NCBI GenBank assembly: GCA_044375105.1
Contig: JBILNK010000001.1
Coordinates: 2,651 to 66,650 of the forward strand
Direction of reading: 5' to 3'
Source of the DNA: Planctomycetota bacterium
GTDB lineage: Bacteria; Planctomycetota; UBA1135; GCA-002686595
DNA: 64,000 nt
This document shows, one piece after another, positions 1-8,949 of the stretch. The notes beneath the pieces were generated by a model. The model was given only the letters and a program-made list of their open reading frames with translations, did no database searches and was not told the DNA's origin. The position numbers and the translations under genes were made by a program. Numbering within the stretch: position 1 is the stretch's first letter; each line of letters opens with the position of its first letter.

Positions 1-497
1 GTTTGTTCGAGCCGCGCCTGGGCCTGGTCCACCAGGCCGTCGAAAAGCCCTTCGGCCAGGCTTCGGGGACGCCGGGCTTCGCCGCCGGCGGCGCCGGAGG
101 TCCCGGGACCAGGATTGCCCGTCCCCGGGTTTGCAGGCCCCGAGCCCGCAGGCCCCGGAACAGCGCCGGCGCCAGCCTGGGGCGCGCCGGCTGCGGGGTC
201 TGCCGCGGCGCTGGCTCCTGAGCTGGGCGAGCCCTCGGGCGGGCGCGGCGCTTCGCCCGAGAGACCGCGCGGACCGAGCCGGCGCGGAGCGGACTCCGCC
301 GCTTGGCGGCCCTGCTCGGCCAGGCGTTCGGCCGCCACCCGGCCGAGCTCTCCGAGCCGGCCCAGCAGGTCGCCGATCGGCGGCGGCTCGCCGCGCTTGG
401 GCAGGCGCCGCGGCGCGAACGGGGGGTCGCTCTGGGGCTCGCCCCACGGCGGGACGGCGCCGGGGGTGGGCGGGTCGCTCGGATTGGCGGGGCCCAT
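1..497 (-). CDS. hypothetical Pro/Gly/Ala-rich protein, C-terminal part runs off the left edge of the window
   Basis: Not in the supplied ORF track (no stop inside the window). My own minus-strand translation from ATG 495-497, the first start after an in-frame TGA at 537-539, reads MGPANPSDPPTPGAVPPWGEPQSDPPFAPRRLPKRGEPPPIGDLLGRLGELGRVAAERLAEQGRQAAES...SLAEGLFDGLVDQAQARLEQ and stays open to nt 3. Third codon positions are almost all G/C, as in the confident genes. No motif recognised. Confidence 0.4.
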   Translation of the reverse strand, partial: MGPANPSDPPTPGAVPPWGEPQSDPPFAPRRLPKRGEPPPIGDLLGRLGELGRVAAERLAEQGRQAAESAPRRLGPRGLSGEAPRPPEGSPSSGASAAADPAAGAPQAGAGAVPGPAGSGPANPGTGNPGPGTSGAAGGEARRPRSLAEGLFDGLVDQAQARLEQ

Positions 498-661
498 GGG
501 GTCGAGGTGCTGGGGTGCTGCGGCTGCCGGCCGCGCTCAGGGGCGGGATCGCCGCGCTGCGCCGATGCCCGCCTCTCTGGCCCCCGGATGGCGGCCCGAC
601 GGCATGCGGACGGCCTGGTCGTGCGGCTCGGGCGCGGCCCGAGTCGGTTTTTCCCAGGCGG

Positions 662-2053
662 TCATACCGAGCGCGAGATCTTGGGGGCCGACGAAAGGAT
701 CTCCCGGCGGCGCTGCTCGTAGCCGCTGCGGCCCATCAAGGCATAAGCGGCGATCTTGCCGGCCTCCACGCCGGGCTGGTCGAAGGCGTCGATGCGATAG
801 TGCTCGCCCATCAGCGCCACGGACATCTCGAGCAGGTAGATGAACTGCCCCACGGAGTGGGCATCGATCTTCTCGAAGGCCAGGGTCGCGTTGGGACGGC
901 GCGCCTCGGTCAGCGCCACGCGCGTGCCGTCCCGTTCGGCCTGGAACAGGCCCTTGAAGGTGTGCCCGCCGAGATACGACACGCCCTCCAGGTCCGCATA
1001 GGCCTTGGGGATCTCGATCGAATGGTCGGGATGTTCCACGGAAAGGAACGTGAACCACTTGTCGAAGGGGCCCTCGGCGTAGAGCTGCACCTGGCTATGC
1101 TGGTCGGTCACGCCGACGGCGCGCACGGGGGTCGGTCCAACGAACACGTCCCGGCCATCGTTGGACTTGCGCTTGCCGATCGATTCGGCCAGCAGCTGGG
1201 CGTACCAATCGGCGAAGTCCCGCAGCCGGTGGCTGTAGGACATGGTCACCGCGATCGGCTTGTGCTTCCTGGTGTGCAGCAGGTACTGCACCGCGGCGTG
1301 CACCTGAGCCGGGTTCTGGCCGAACTCCGGCAACTTGCAGCGCTGGTCCATGAAGGCTGCGCCGGCCAGCAGGCCGCCGGTGTCGATGCCCACCAGGGCC
1401 GAGGACAGCAGCCCGACCGGGGACAGCACGGAAAAGCGCCCGCCGACCCCGTCGGGCACCACGAAGCTCTGGTAGCCCTCGCGGCGCACGATCTCGCGCA
1501 AGACGCCCTTCTCGGCGTCCGTGGTGATCACCAGGTGGTCGCGATGGTCGCGCTCGCCCAGGGACTCGATCAGCCGCTCGCGCAGGAGCAGGAACTGGGC
1601 CATGGTCTCCGCCGTGCCCCCGGACTTGCTGATCACGTTGAACAGCGAGCGCTCGGGGGCCACGCAGGCCAGGAACTCCCCGATCAGGTCCGGGTCGATG
1701 TTGTCGAGTACGAACAGCCGCGGCGTGCCCTCGGGCGCATCCAGGTTGTGGTAGGGGCTGTTGAGCGCGGTCTGCAGGGCCGTGTTGCCCAGGGCCGAGC
1801 CGCCGATGCCGAGCACCACCACGTTGTCGAAGCGCCCGCGCACCTGGGCCGCGTAGCGCAGGATGCCATCGTGGACCTCGCGCTGGTAGGGCAGGTCCAT
1901 CCAGCGCAGGTCCCGCACGCGGCGCGCCTGCACCCGCTCGAGGGCCTGGGCCGAAGCGGGCGCGATCTCCGCCAGCTCGGCCTCGGTCAGCCCATGGGTC
2001 GGGCCGACGACCTCGGCCAGGGTGTTCGTGTAGTCGAAACGGATGGCGGTCAT
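662..2053 (-). CDS. pgi: glucose-6-phosphate isomerase
   Basis: ORF 662..2386 trimmed to Met112 (MTAIRFDYTNTL, CAT at 2051-2053). PGI/SIS blocks: VVVLGIGGSALG, NVISKSGGTAET, VPDGVGGRFSVLS, GVTDQHSQVQLY, DAFDQPGVEAGK. Confidence 0.9.
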   Translation of the reverse strand: MTAIRFDYTNTLAEVVGPTHGLTEAELAEIAPASAQALERVQARRVRDLRWMDLPYQREVHDGILRYAAQVRGRFDNVVVLGIGGSALGNTALQTALNSPYHNLDAPEGTPRLFVLDNIDPDLIGEFLACVAPERSLFNVISKSGGTAETMAQFLLLRERLIESLGERDHRDHLVITTDAEKGVLREIVRREGYQSFVVPDGVGGRFSVLSPVGLLSSALVGIDTGGLLAGAAFMDQRCKLPEFGQNPAQVHAAVQYLLHTRKHKPIAVTMSYSHRLRDFADWYAQLLAESIGKRKSNDGRDVFVGPTPVRAVGVTDQHSQVQLYAEGPFDKWFTFLSVEHPDHSIEIPKAYADLEGVSYLGGHTFKGLFQAERDGTRVALTEARRPNATLAFEKIDAHSVGQFIYLLEMSVALMGEHYRIDAFDQPGVEAGKIAAYALMGRSGYEQRRREILSSAPKISRSV

Positions 2054-2515
2054 CGGGCGCGCAGGGGAAGGCTTCTGGCCGCCGCGGAACTCACGCCGCG
2101 GCCCGGGGGCCCGCACTGGAGACGACGCCTCACCGCGCGGGACGGCCGGATCATACGCAGCGGGGCGGGGCCGCGCCCAGGCGCGGGGATCCGACTCGCA
2201 GACAGAGTGCCAAGCGCACGCTCCGCCCGGTCCATCCGGCGCACGCTCGGCAGCCCGCGACCGCGCGCTCCGGAGGACACGCTGCGGCGAGCGCGAGCGG
2301 ACAGACTTCGATCCTTCGGCTGCCCTGTGCAGCGGGTGCTCGCCGCCGCCTCGCCCGGCCGCGGCAGCCTCGATTGGCGCTGGCAACCACGCCCGGCGCT
2401 GGCGGGCTCGAACAGCTCCCGGGCTGACCCGGTCGAAGCCGGCTTCAGAACGCCGGCATGGATCGCGTTTGCGAGCCTGGGCGCGGGGCGGATCGATGCC
2501 CCCGCCTGCGCCCGG

Positions 2516-3250
2516 TCACTCGCGGCTGCCCTGCGCCCGGCCGAGCACCTGCAGGACCAGGTAGAGCAGCTGGATGATCGAACCGGCCGCGGCGGCCACA
2601 TAGGTCAGGGCCGCGGCGCCCAGCACACTGGAGACCCCCTCGGCCTCCTCGCGGCTCGAGACGATCCCGGTCGAGGCCAGCACGGCCTTGGCCCGGTTGC
2701 TGGCGTCGAACTCGACCGGCAGGGTCACCAGCTGGAACAGCACCACCAGGCCGAACAGGGCCACGCCGGCCAGCATCAAGCCGATGCCCGCGGACCCGGA
2801 CCCGGCGGTCATGAATGCGCCGATCATGAACGGGATGGTCCACAGCCGCGAGCCGATGTTGACCACCGGAACCAGGGCCGAGCGCATGCCCAGCCAGGCG
2901 TAGGCCTGGGCGTGCTGGATGGCGTGGCCGGCCTCGTGGGCCGCCACGGCGATCGATGAGATCGAGCGGCCATCGTAGACGTCCGGGGACAGGCGCAGGG
3001 TGCGCGAGCGCGGATCGTAGTGGTCCGAGAGGAAGCCCTGGTGGCGCTCGATCGTCACGTCGTGGGCCCCGCCGGCGTGGGCCACGGCCAGGGCCGCTTC
3101 CGCGCCGGTCATGCCCGAGCGCACCCCCACCTGGGCGAAGCGATGGAAGGCGCTCTTCACGCGGGCCTGGGCGGCCAGGCTGAGGCCACCGGCCACCAGG
3201 GTGATCAGCATCCAGATCGGGTCGATTCCGAGGAACATCGCAAGGGTCAT
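2516..3250 (-). CDS. putative neutral zinc metallopeptidase, membrane-associated (YugP-like, Zn_peptidase_2 family)
   Basis: ORF 2516..3520 trimmed to Met91 (MTLAMFLGIDP). HEAGHAIQH zinc motif. FLSDHYDPRSRTLRLS, FQLVTLPVEFDASNRA and AAALTYVAAA blocks match the YugP family. Hydrophobic helices at both ends. Confidence 0.8.
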   Translation of the reverse strand: MTLAMFLGIDPIWMLITLVAGGLSLAAQARVKSAFHRFAQVGVRSGMTGAEAALAVAHAGGAHDVTIERHQGFLSDHYDPRSRTLRLSPDVYDGRSISSIAVAAHEAGHAIQHAQAYAWLGMRSALVPVVNIGSRLWTIPFMIGAFMTAGSGSAGIGLMLAGVALFGLVVLFQLVTLPVEFDASNRAKAVLASTGIVSSREEAEGVSSVLGAAALTYVAAAAGSIIQLLYLVLQVLGRAQGSRE

Positions 3251-3662
3251 GGCGCGCAGCCTACGAAGCGGGAGCGGGGCCGTTGGCCGGCCGGGCAGGG
3301 GGTAATGGAGGCGGGAGGTACGGCGGGAGAAACCGCGGGGCGGCAGCCTAGCAGTCGAGAGGGTGCATCGACGCCGGGTCGAAACCCGTGCCCGCCGAGA
3401 TCCCGCGGACCGAGCGCCGGCTCGGCCTGTGCGGGGCACCCGAACTCGAAGCGGGGCTGGATCCCCTTTGGATCCCTCGAAATAGGACACGGCGCGGTTG
3501 TCCGCAACCGCGGCGCGCACCGACGGCGGAGCGCTACGCGGCTGCCCGGGGTCGATTCACGCCGGCGCTGCAGGTCCGCGAACCACCCCCGGCCCCGGAG
3601 GACTGCGCCACCCCACGGCAGCCCGCACCCGGACGCTGGGCAGCGGCGAGGGGTCCGCGGGC

Positions 3663-5342
3663 CTAGAGCCCGACGATGCGGCCGTCCGCGTCCAGATCGA
3701 TCCCGCGGTAGGAGGGTTTGCTCCCGAGGCCGGGCATGGTCTGGATGTCGCCGCACAGGGGCACCGCGAAGCCGGCTCCGGCCAGCACGGTCAGACCGCG
3801 CACGGAGAGGTCGTAGCCGCGCGGGCGTCCGAGCAGTTTGGGATCGTGGCTCAAGCTGAACTGGGTTTTCGCCACGCAGATCGGCAGGCGCCCGTGGCCC
3901 TGGGACTCCGCGCGCCAGAGCTGCTCCTGGGCGCGCGCTTCGTAGCTGACCCCGGCGGCCCCGTAGACCTGGGTGGCCACGCGGGCAAGCTTGTCTTTGA
4001 GCGGCAGCTCGAGCCCGTACAGGGGCCGGAAGTCGGCGCGCCCGGATTCCGCCGCGGCCACCACGGACTCGGCCAGGGCCCGCCCGCCCTCGCCGCCCTG
4101 GGCGAAAACGAAGCTCTGGGCCACGCTGCTAGCGCCGGCCGCCAGGGCGCGCGCTTCGATGCGGGCCAGCTCGGCCGGCGTGTCGGTGGGGAAGCGGTTG
4201 ATCGCCACGACGGCGGGCACCCCGAACAGCCGCAGCGTCTCGAGGTGTGCTTCGAGGTTTGGCAGGCCGGCCTCCAGGGCGGCCAGGTCTTCCTGCTCGA
4301 GTTCCTTGGGCAAGGCCTTGCCGGGCTTCAGGGAGAACTTGCCGGAATGGACCTTGAGGGCCCGCACCGTGGTGACGAGCACGGCCGCGTCCGGGCGCAT
4401 CCCGGAGATCCGGCACTTGAGGTTGAAGAACTTCTCCGCGCCCATGTCGGCGCCGAAACCCGCCTCTGTGACCACGTAGTCGGCGTGGGCCGCGGCGATG
4501 CGGTCCGCCAGGATCGAGCAATTGCCGTGGGCGATGTTGGCGAACGGCCCGGTGTGCACCAGCGCCGGCGTGCCTTCGACGGTCTGTACCAGGGTCGGAT
4601 CGAGCGCGTCGCGCAGCAGCGCCGCCATGGCACCGGCCACGCCCAGCTCCTCGGCTTGCACCGGCTCGCCGGAGAGGCGCTCGCCGACCTGGATCGCGCC
4701 CAGGCGCCGGCGCAGGTCCACGATGCTCGTGGAGAGCGCCAGGATCGCCATGACCTCGGAGGCCGAAGTGATCGTGAAGGCCGCGTCGCGCGGCACGCCG
4801 TTCTGCGCTCCGCCGAGGCCGATGCGGATCTGGCGCAGGGCCCGGTCGTTCATGTCGACGACGCGCGGGAAGCTGACCCGCTCGGGGTCCAGCTGGGCCG
4901 GATTGCCGAGCAACATCGAGGTGTCGAGGGCGGCGCACAGCAGGTTGTTGGCCGCCGCCACGGCGTGGAAATCCCCGGTCAGGTGCAGGTTGATCTGCTC
5001 GGCCGGTTCGAGCGTCGAGGCGCCCCCGCCGCAGCCGCCGCCCTTGACCCCGAAAATCGGTCCCATCGAGGGCTGGCGCAGGGTCGCGATCGTGCGCTTG
5101 CCGATGCGCTCGAGCGCCATCGAGAGGCCGATCGTGTGCACGGTCTTGCCTTCCCCGGCTGGGGTCGGGTTGACCGCCGTGACCAGCACCAGTTTCGCGC
5201 CTGGCCGGGGCGGCTGCTGGGCGAGGCGGTGGTCGAGTTTGGCCCGGTAGCGCCCGTAGGGTTCCCAGGCGTCGTGGGGCAGGTCCAGGGCCCGCGCCAG
5301 GTCGGCGATCGGGCGCAACGGCTTTTTCGGGGCGGGCATCAT
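3663..5342 (-). CDS. fhs: formate--tetrahydrofolate ligase
   Basis: Full-length 559-aa ORF starting MMPAPKK. Blocks NPTPAGEGKTVHTIGL, LRQPSMGPIFGVKGGG, INLHLTGDFHAV, VHTGPFANIAHGNCS and FPTDT are typical of FTHFS. Confidence 0.95.
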   Translation of the reverse strand: MMPAPKKPLRPIADLARALDLPHDAWEPYGRYRAKLDHRLAQQPPRPGAKLVLVTAVNPTPAGEGKTVHTIGLSMALERIGKRTIATLRQPSMGPIFGVKGGGCGGGASTLEPAEQINLHLTGDFHAVAAANNLLCAALDTSMLLGNPAQLDPERVSFPRVVDMNDRALRQIRIGLGGAQNGVPRDAAFTITSASEVMAILALSTSIVDLRRRLGAIQVGERLSGEPVQAEELGVAGAMAALLRDALDPTLVQTVEGTPALVHTGPFANIAHGNCSILADRIAAAHADYVVTEAGFGADMGAEKFFNLKCRISGMRPDAAVLVTTVRALKVHSGKFSLKPGKALPKELEQEDLAALEAGLPNLEAHLETLRLFGVPAVVAINRFPTDTPAELARIEARALAAGASSVAQSFVFAQGGEGGRALAESVVAAAESGRADFRPLYGLELPLKDKLARVATQVYGAAGVSYEARAQEQLWRAESQGHGRLPICVAKTQFSLSHDPKLLGRPRGYDLSVRGLTVLAGAGFAVPLCGDIQTMPGLGSKPSYRGIDLDADGRIVGL

Positions 5343-5644
5343 CAGCGGTCAGCTTCCCATTCCGGGAGAGGCGGCTCCAGAGCCGGGGGCGCCACCCCGT
5401 CGCCACGGAACTGCCCCCCGTGGGCCAGGCGGGCCCCGGAACGCCCTTGGGAGGCCCCCCCATCGACTCGGAGGAGCGATCGCATGGCTGGGAAGAGGCT
5501 ACCGATTTCGTCCAACCGAGGGCCTGGACAATTTCCCGCTTCCAGGAGGAGCCGTCTCGGGGAAAAAGGGGGCGCTATCCTTGCGTGAGCTGGAGATCGT
5601 GGCTGTTCCCTCTGCCGCCCGGCCCGCTCCCAAAGAACCCATCC

Positions 5645-6259
5645 ATGGCCAGCCAAGCGCAAGATCCTTCTAGCCCGGGCCGACATCCCGCCGAGGCCGC
5701 GCCGATCGATTACGAATCCGACGGTCTCCAATCCCCGGGCGGGCGAGTCCCTGTGGCGCGCGGTGCGCCAGCCCCTGCCGAGCACCCGCAGACGCCGCCC
5801 GAGCTGCTCAAGATCGGCGACTTCGCGCGCTTGGCCGACACCAACTTGCGCACGCTGCGCTACTATGAGGAGCTGGGGCTGCTGGAGCCAGCTCGGCGCA
5901 GCCAAGGCGGCTTCCGCTACTACCGGCCGACGGACCTCAACCGCCTGCGGATGATCCGCGACCTGCAGGACCTCGGCCTGTCCCTGGACGCCATCCGCGA
6001 TCTCTTGGCCACGCGCCAGACGGGCCTGCCTCGCCGCGAGATGCTGGCGCGCGTGGCGCGCGCCCTCGAAGAACAGCAGCGCCTGATCCAGAAGCGCATC
6101 CAGGAGCTCGAGGCGCAGGTCGACGGCCTCAAGCTGGCGCGCATCAAACTGGACGCCTGCGGGATGTGCAGCCACTCCCCCACGCCCTTCAACAACCACT
6201 GCGAACCCTGCACGGCGACCGGCGAAGAACTGCCGAAGCCCCTCAGCGCCCTGTTCTGA
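5645..6259 (+). CDS. MerR-family transcriptional regulator with C-terminal Cys-rich tail
   Basis: ORF 5420..6259 trimmed to Met76 (ATG 5645); the upstream part has mixed third-codon positions. HTH block LLKIGDFARLADTNLRTLRYYEELGLLEPARRSQGGFRYY, coiled-coil helix, then ACGMCSHSPTPFNNHCEPC. Start uncertain. Confidence 0.8.
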   Translation: MASQAQDPSSPGRHPAEAAPIDYESDGLQSPGGRVPVARGAPAPAEHPQTPPELLKIGDFARLADTNLRTLRYYEELGLLEPARRSQGGFRYYRPTDLNRLRMIRDLQDLGLSLDAIRDLLATRQTGLPRREMLARVARALEEQQRLIQKRIQELEAQVDGLKLARIKLDACGMCSHSPTPFNNHCEPCTATGEELPKPLSALF

Positions 6260-6474
6260 GCCCCAGGCTCTGAGCGCGCTCTGGCGGGCGAGCGGGGAGA
6301 GGTGGGCCAAAAGCCCCGAAGCGGGCTCCAGGGCCGGCCGCTGGTGCGCCTCTGGAGCCGCCGGCCGCGCCCCCCCCGAGCCAACCCGCGCTCTGCGCAG
6401 GCAGCGCCGGCCCCGAGCCCCCCCCATCCCGCCGGCTCCGGTTAGCCTGGTGGATCGCTTCCCGGCCATCGGAC

Positions 6475-7665
6475 ATGCAATCCTCGAGCGACGCCCCGAT
6501 CCTCTACTTCGACGCCAACGCCACCACCCCGGTCTGCGCCGAGGCCCTGGCGGCCATGCTGCCCCTGCTGCAGGAGCACTTCGGCAACGCCTCCTCGGCC
6601 CACGCCATGGGGCGCGCGCCCGCGGCCGCGGTGGCCCGCGCGCGCGAGCAGGTGGCGCAGCTGCTGGGCGCCCAGGAGTCGAGCGAGGTGGTCTTCACCG
6701 GCGGCGGCACCGAGTCCCTCAACGCGGTCCTGCACGCGGCCGCGGAACGCGCGCCCGCGCGCCCCAGGCTGCTGTTCTCCGCGGGCGAGCATTCCGCGGT
6801 GCTGAAGCCCGCCGAACGCCTGGCGGCCAAGCTGGGGCTCGAGCTGGTGCCGATCCCCCTCGACAGCCAGGGCCGGATCCAGGTGGACGCGGCCCTGGGC
6901 GCCCTGGATGGGCGCAGCGCGCTGCTGAGCCTGATCCACGCCAACAACGAAACCGGCGTGCACCTCGAAGGGGCGCAGATCCAGCGCCTCGCGGAGCGCG
7001 CCCGCGAGGTGGGAGCCTGGTTCCACCTGGATTGCGTGGCCTCCGCGGGAAAGCTGCCGCTCGAGGCCAACCGCTGGGGCGTGGACCTGGTCACGATCGC
7101 GCCGCACAAGTTCTACGGACCGAAGGGCGTGGGCGTGCTGTGGGTGCGCCGCGGCCTCGAGTTCACGCCGCTGCTGATCGGCGGCAGCCAGGAGGCTGGA
7201 CGGCGCGCCGGCACCTTGAATTCGGCCGGCCTGGCGGGCGCGGGCGCGGCCGCCGAGGTGGCGCGCCGCTTCGCTGCGGACGCAGCCCGGGTCCAGGGCC
7301 AGGCCGCCCTGCGCGACCGGTTCGAACGCGAGCTGGTCGACCGGGTGCCCCAAGCGCGCGCCCTCGGGCAGAACGCCCCGCGCATCTTCAACACGTCCTG
7401 CCTGGTCTTCCCGGGTGTCACGGGGGAATCGGCTCAGGCCCTGCTTTCGGAGTACGGCGTGTGTGTGTCCAGCGGCTCGGCCTGCGGATCGGCCAAGCGC
7501 AAGGGCAGCCACGTGCTCCTGGCCATGGGCGTGCCGCCCAGCGACGCGACCAGCACCCTGCGCTTCTCGTTCCTGCGCGGATTGACGGCCGGCGAGGTCG
7601 AAGCCGGCCTGGAGCGGACAGCCCAGGCGCTCGAGCAGCTCTACGCCCTGGCGCCCAGCCGTTGA
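6475..7665 (+). CDS. cysteine desulfurase (NifS/IscS-like class V aminotransferase)
   Basis: Blocks FTGGGTESLN, IHANNETG, APHKFYGPKG (PLP lysine) and the catalytic loop VSSGSACGS. Confidence 0.9.
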   Translation: MQSSSDAPILYFDANATTPVCAEALAAMLPLLQEHFGNASSAHAMGRAPAAAVARAREQVAQLLGAQESSEVVFTGGGTESLNAVLHAAAERAPARPRLLFSAGEHSAVLKPAERLAAKLGLELVPIPLDSQGRIQVDAALGALDGRSALLSLIHANNETGVHLEGAQIQRLAERAREVGAWFHLDCVASAGKLPLEANRWGVDLVTIAPHKFYGPKGVGVLWVRRGLEFTPLLIGGSQEAGRRAGTLNSAGLAGAGAAAEVARRFAADAARVQGQAALRDRFERELVDRVPQARALGQNAPRIFNTSCLVFPGVTGESAQALLSEYGVCVSSGSACGSAKRKGSHVLLAMGVPPSDATSTLRFSFLRGLTAGEVEAGLERTAQALEQLYALAPSR

Positions 7666-8133
7666 GGGCAGCGGGCCTGCTGCGGACGGGCCGCTCGTTC
7701 GGCGCGCCCGCCGCGGGCCCGTGGAGCGTGGATCCGGGCGGACTGCCGCTCTTCCCCTGAACCCTGGGGGCCGCAAACCAGGCTGGGACCGCCAGGGGTC
7801 GGGACCTCGCCCCCGCAGCGCCCCCGGCACCCGGCGGCTCGCTCGGGCCCCTCGACGGAAGAAATCCAGCCCGCCCGGCGCGTCGGACGCCCGCCCGGGG
7901 GACCGGGCCAGCCAGCGCGGCGGACGGCGCGGCCCCCGGCCCGGCCTCGCCGAGGCCGCAGCGGCCAACGCGGGGTTCTGTAGAGAAATCGATTCCCGCC
8001 GGGATTTCAGGTCCGTTCGGCAAAGAAGCCCAGGGCTGTAGCCGTCGGCCGCGGTTTCGAGCAGGTATCTTTCTTGGCCCCGCGGGGCCGATCTCTGCCG
8101 GAGCAGGGTCCCGGTCCACCGCCGCCCTCCCCC

Positions 8134-8685
8134 ATGGAAGCCGAAGCAACCGTCTACCACGTGCAGGTGCGTGGGTTCTGGAACACCACCCACGAGTTCT
8201 CCCAGGACACCGACACGGGCCGCAAGGTGCTCGGCACGCTCAGCATCAAGCGCAGCCTCTGGATGGTGACCGAGGGCGTCTACAAGCCCCTCGAGGGCGA
8301 GGTGCTGACCTTCCGCCGCGACCCGGGCCTGCTGCGCAGCCAATTCAGCGTCTGGACCGACGGCCGGGAGTGGCTGGGATCCTCCCTGCGCTGGACCACG
8401 GCCCGCCGCCGCATCGACCTGTCCACCGGCTCGAAGCCCTACACGATGCTGCCGATCGAAGGCTGGCGCATGGGCTGGTCCCTGTACGCCCCCAAGTCAG
8501 GCGAAATGGCCCGCCTGGTGGCCCAGGGGCTCGGCCGGCGGGCACGCATCGAGTCCTACCGCCGCATCGAGTTCCCGATGCTGGTGCTGATGTACTTCCT
8601 GGGGTCCCAGATCTACCCCGAGTCCCTGCTGCCCGGTCCGCAGCCGGAAAAGGTCAAGGCGCAGGCCTCGGCCACGGCGGTCTGA
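8134..8685 (+). CDS. hypothetical beta-rich protein with a C-terminal hydrophobic helix
   Basis: ORF 8074..8685 trimmed to Met21 (MEAEATVYHVQV). G/C-rich third positions. No recognised catalytic motif. Hydrophobic segment FPMLVLMYFLGSQIY near the C-terminus. Confidence 0.6.
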   Translation: MEAEATVYHVQVRGFWNTTHEFSQDTDTGRKVLGTLSIKRSLWMVTEGVYKPLEGEVLTFRRDPGLLRSQFSVWTDGREWLGSSLRWTTARRRIDLSTGSKPYTMLPIEGWRMGWSLYAPKSGEMARLVAQGLGRRARIESYRRIEFPMLVLMYFLGSQIYPESLLPGPQPEKVKAQASATAV

Positions 8686-8949
8686 ACCGCGAGGCCGGCC
8701 GACCTGCCTAGGACCCGGGCTCGGCCCGGGGGAGCCAAGGCCTCCGGCTCCGAGGGAGCCCCTCTGGAGCCCGGAGGCCCGTGGCTCCGGGGGCCTCGCG
8801 CGGAAGCGGAGCGTCCCCCGCCGGCCTATCGCTGGAGCCCACTTCCGGCACAGGCAGCTCGGGCGCTGCTCCCGCCCGGGGAAGATAGGCACGCAACAAA
8901 CGTCCCAACCGTCCTGGTCCGGTCCGGCTTCCCAAACACGCTCCGAGAC

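Noticed and set aside
3459-3512. GGATCC-N5-GGATCC (3459-3475) followed by an 8-bp hairpin CGCGGTTG-TCCG-CAACCGCG (3493-3512), downstream of fhs
   Set aside because: It could be an fhs terminator, but on the minus strand the hairpin is followed only by a weak, displaced UAUUU. I did not annotate it as a feature.
5343-5644. Possible ZTP (pfl) or other folate-related riboswitch in the fhs leader. The minus-strand RNA contains CCCGCCUGGCC, close to the ZTP 3' CCGCCUGGGC element.
   Set aside because: I could not find the 5' subdomain core (a CUGGCG...GGUGG...CCACCGGGGAGC-like pattern), and the one match has a mismatch. This is not supportable without a covariance-model search (cmscan RF01750).
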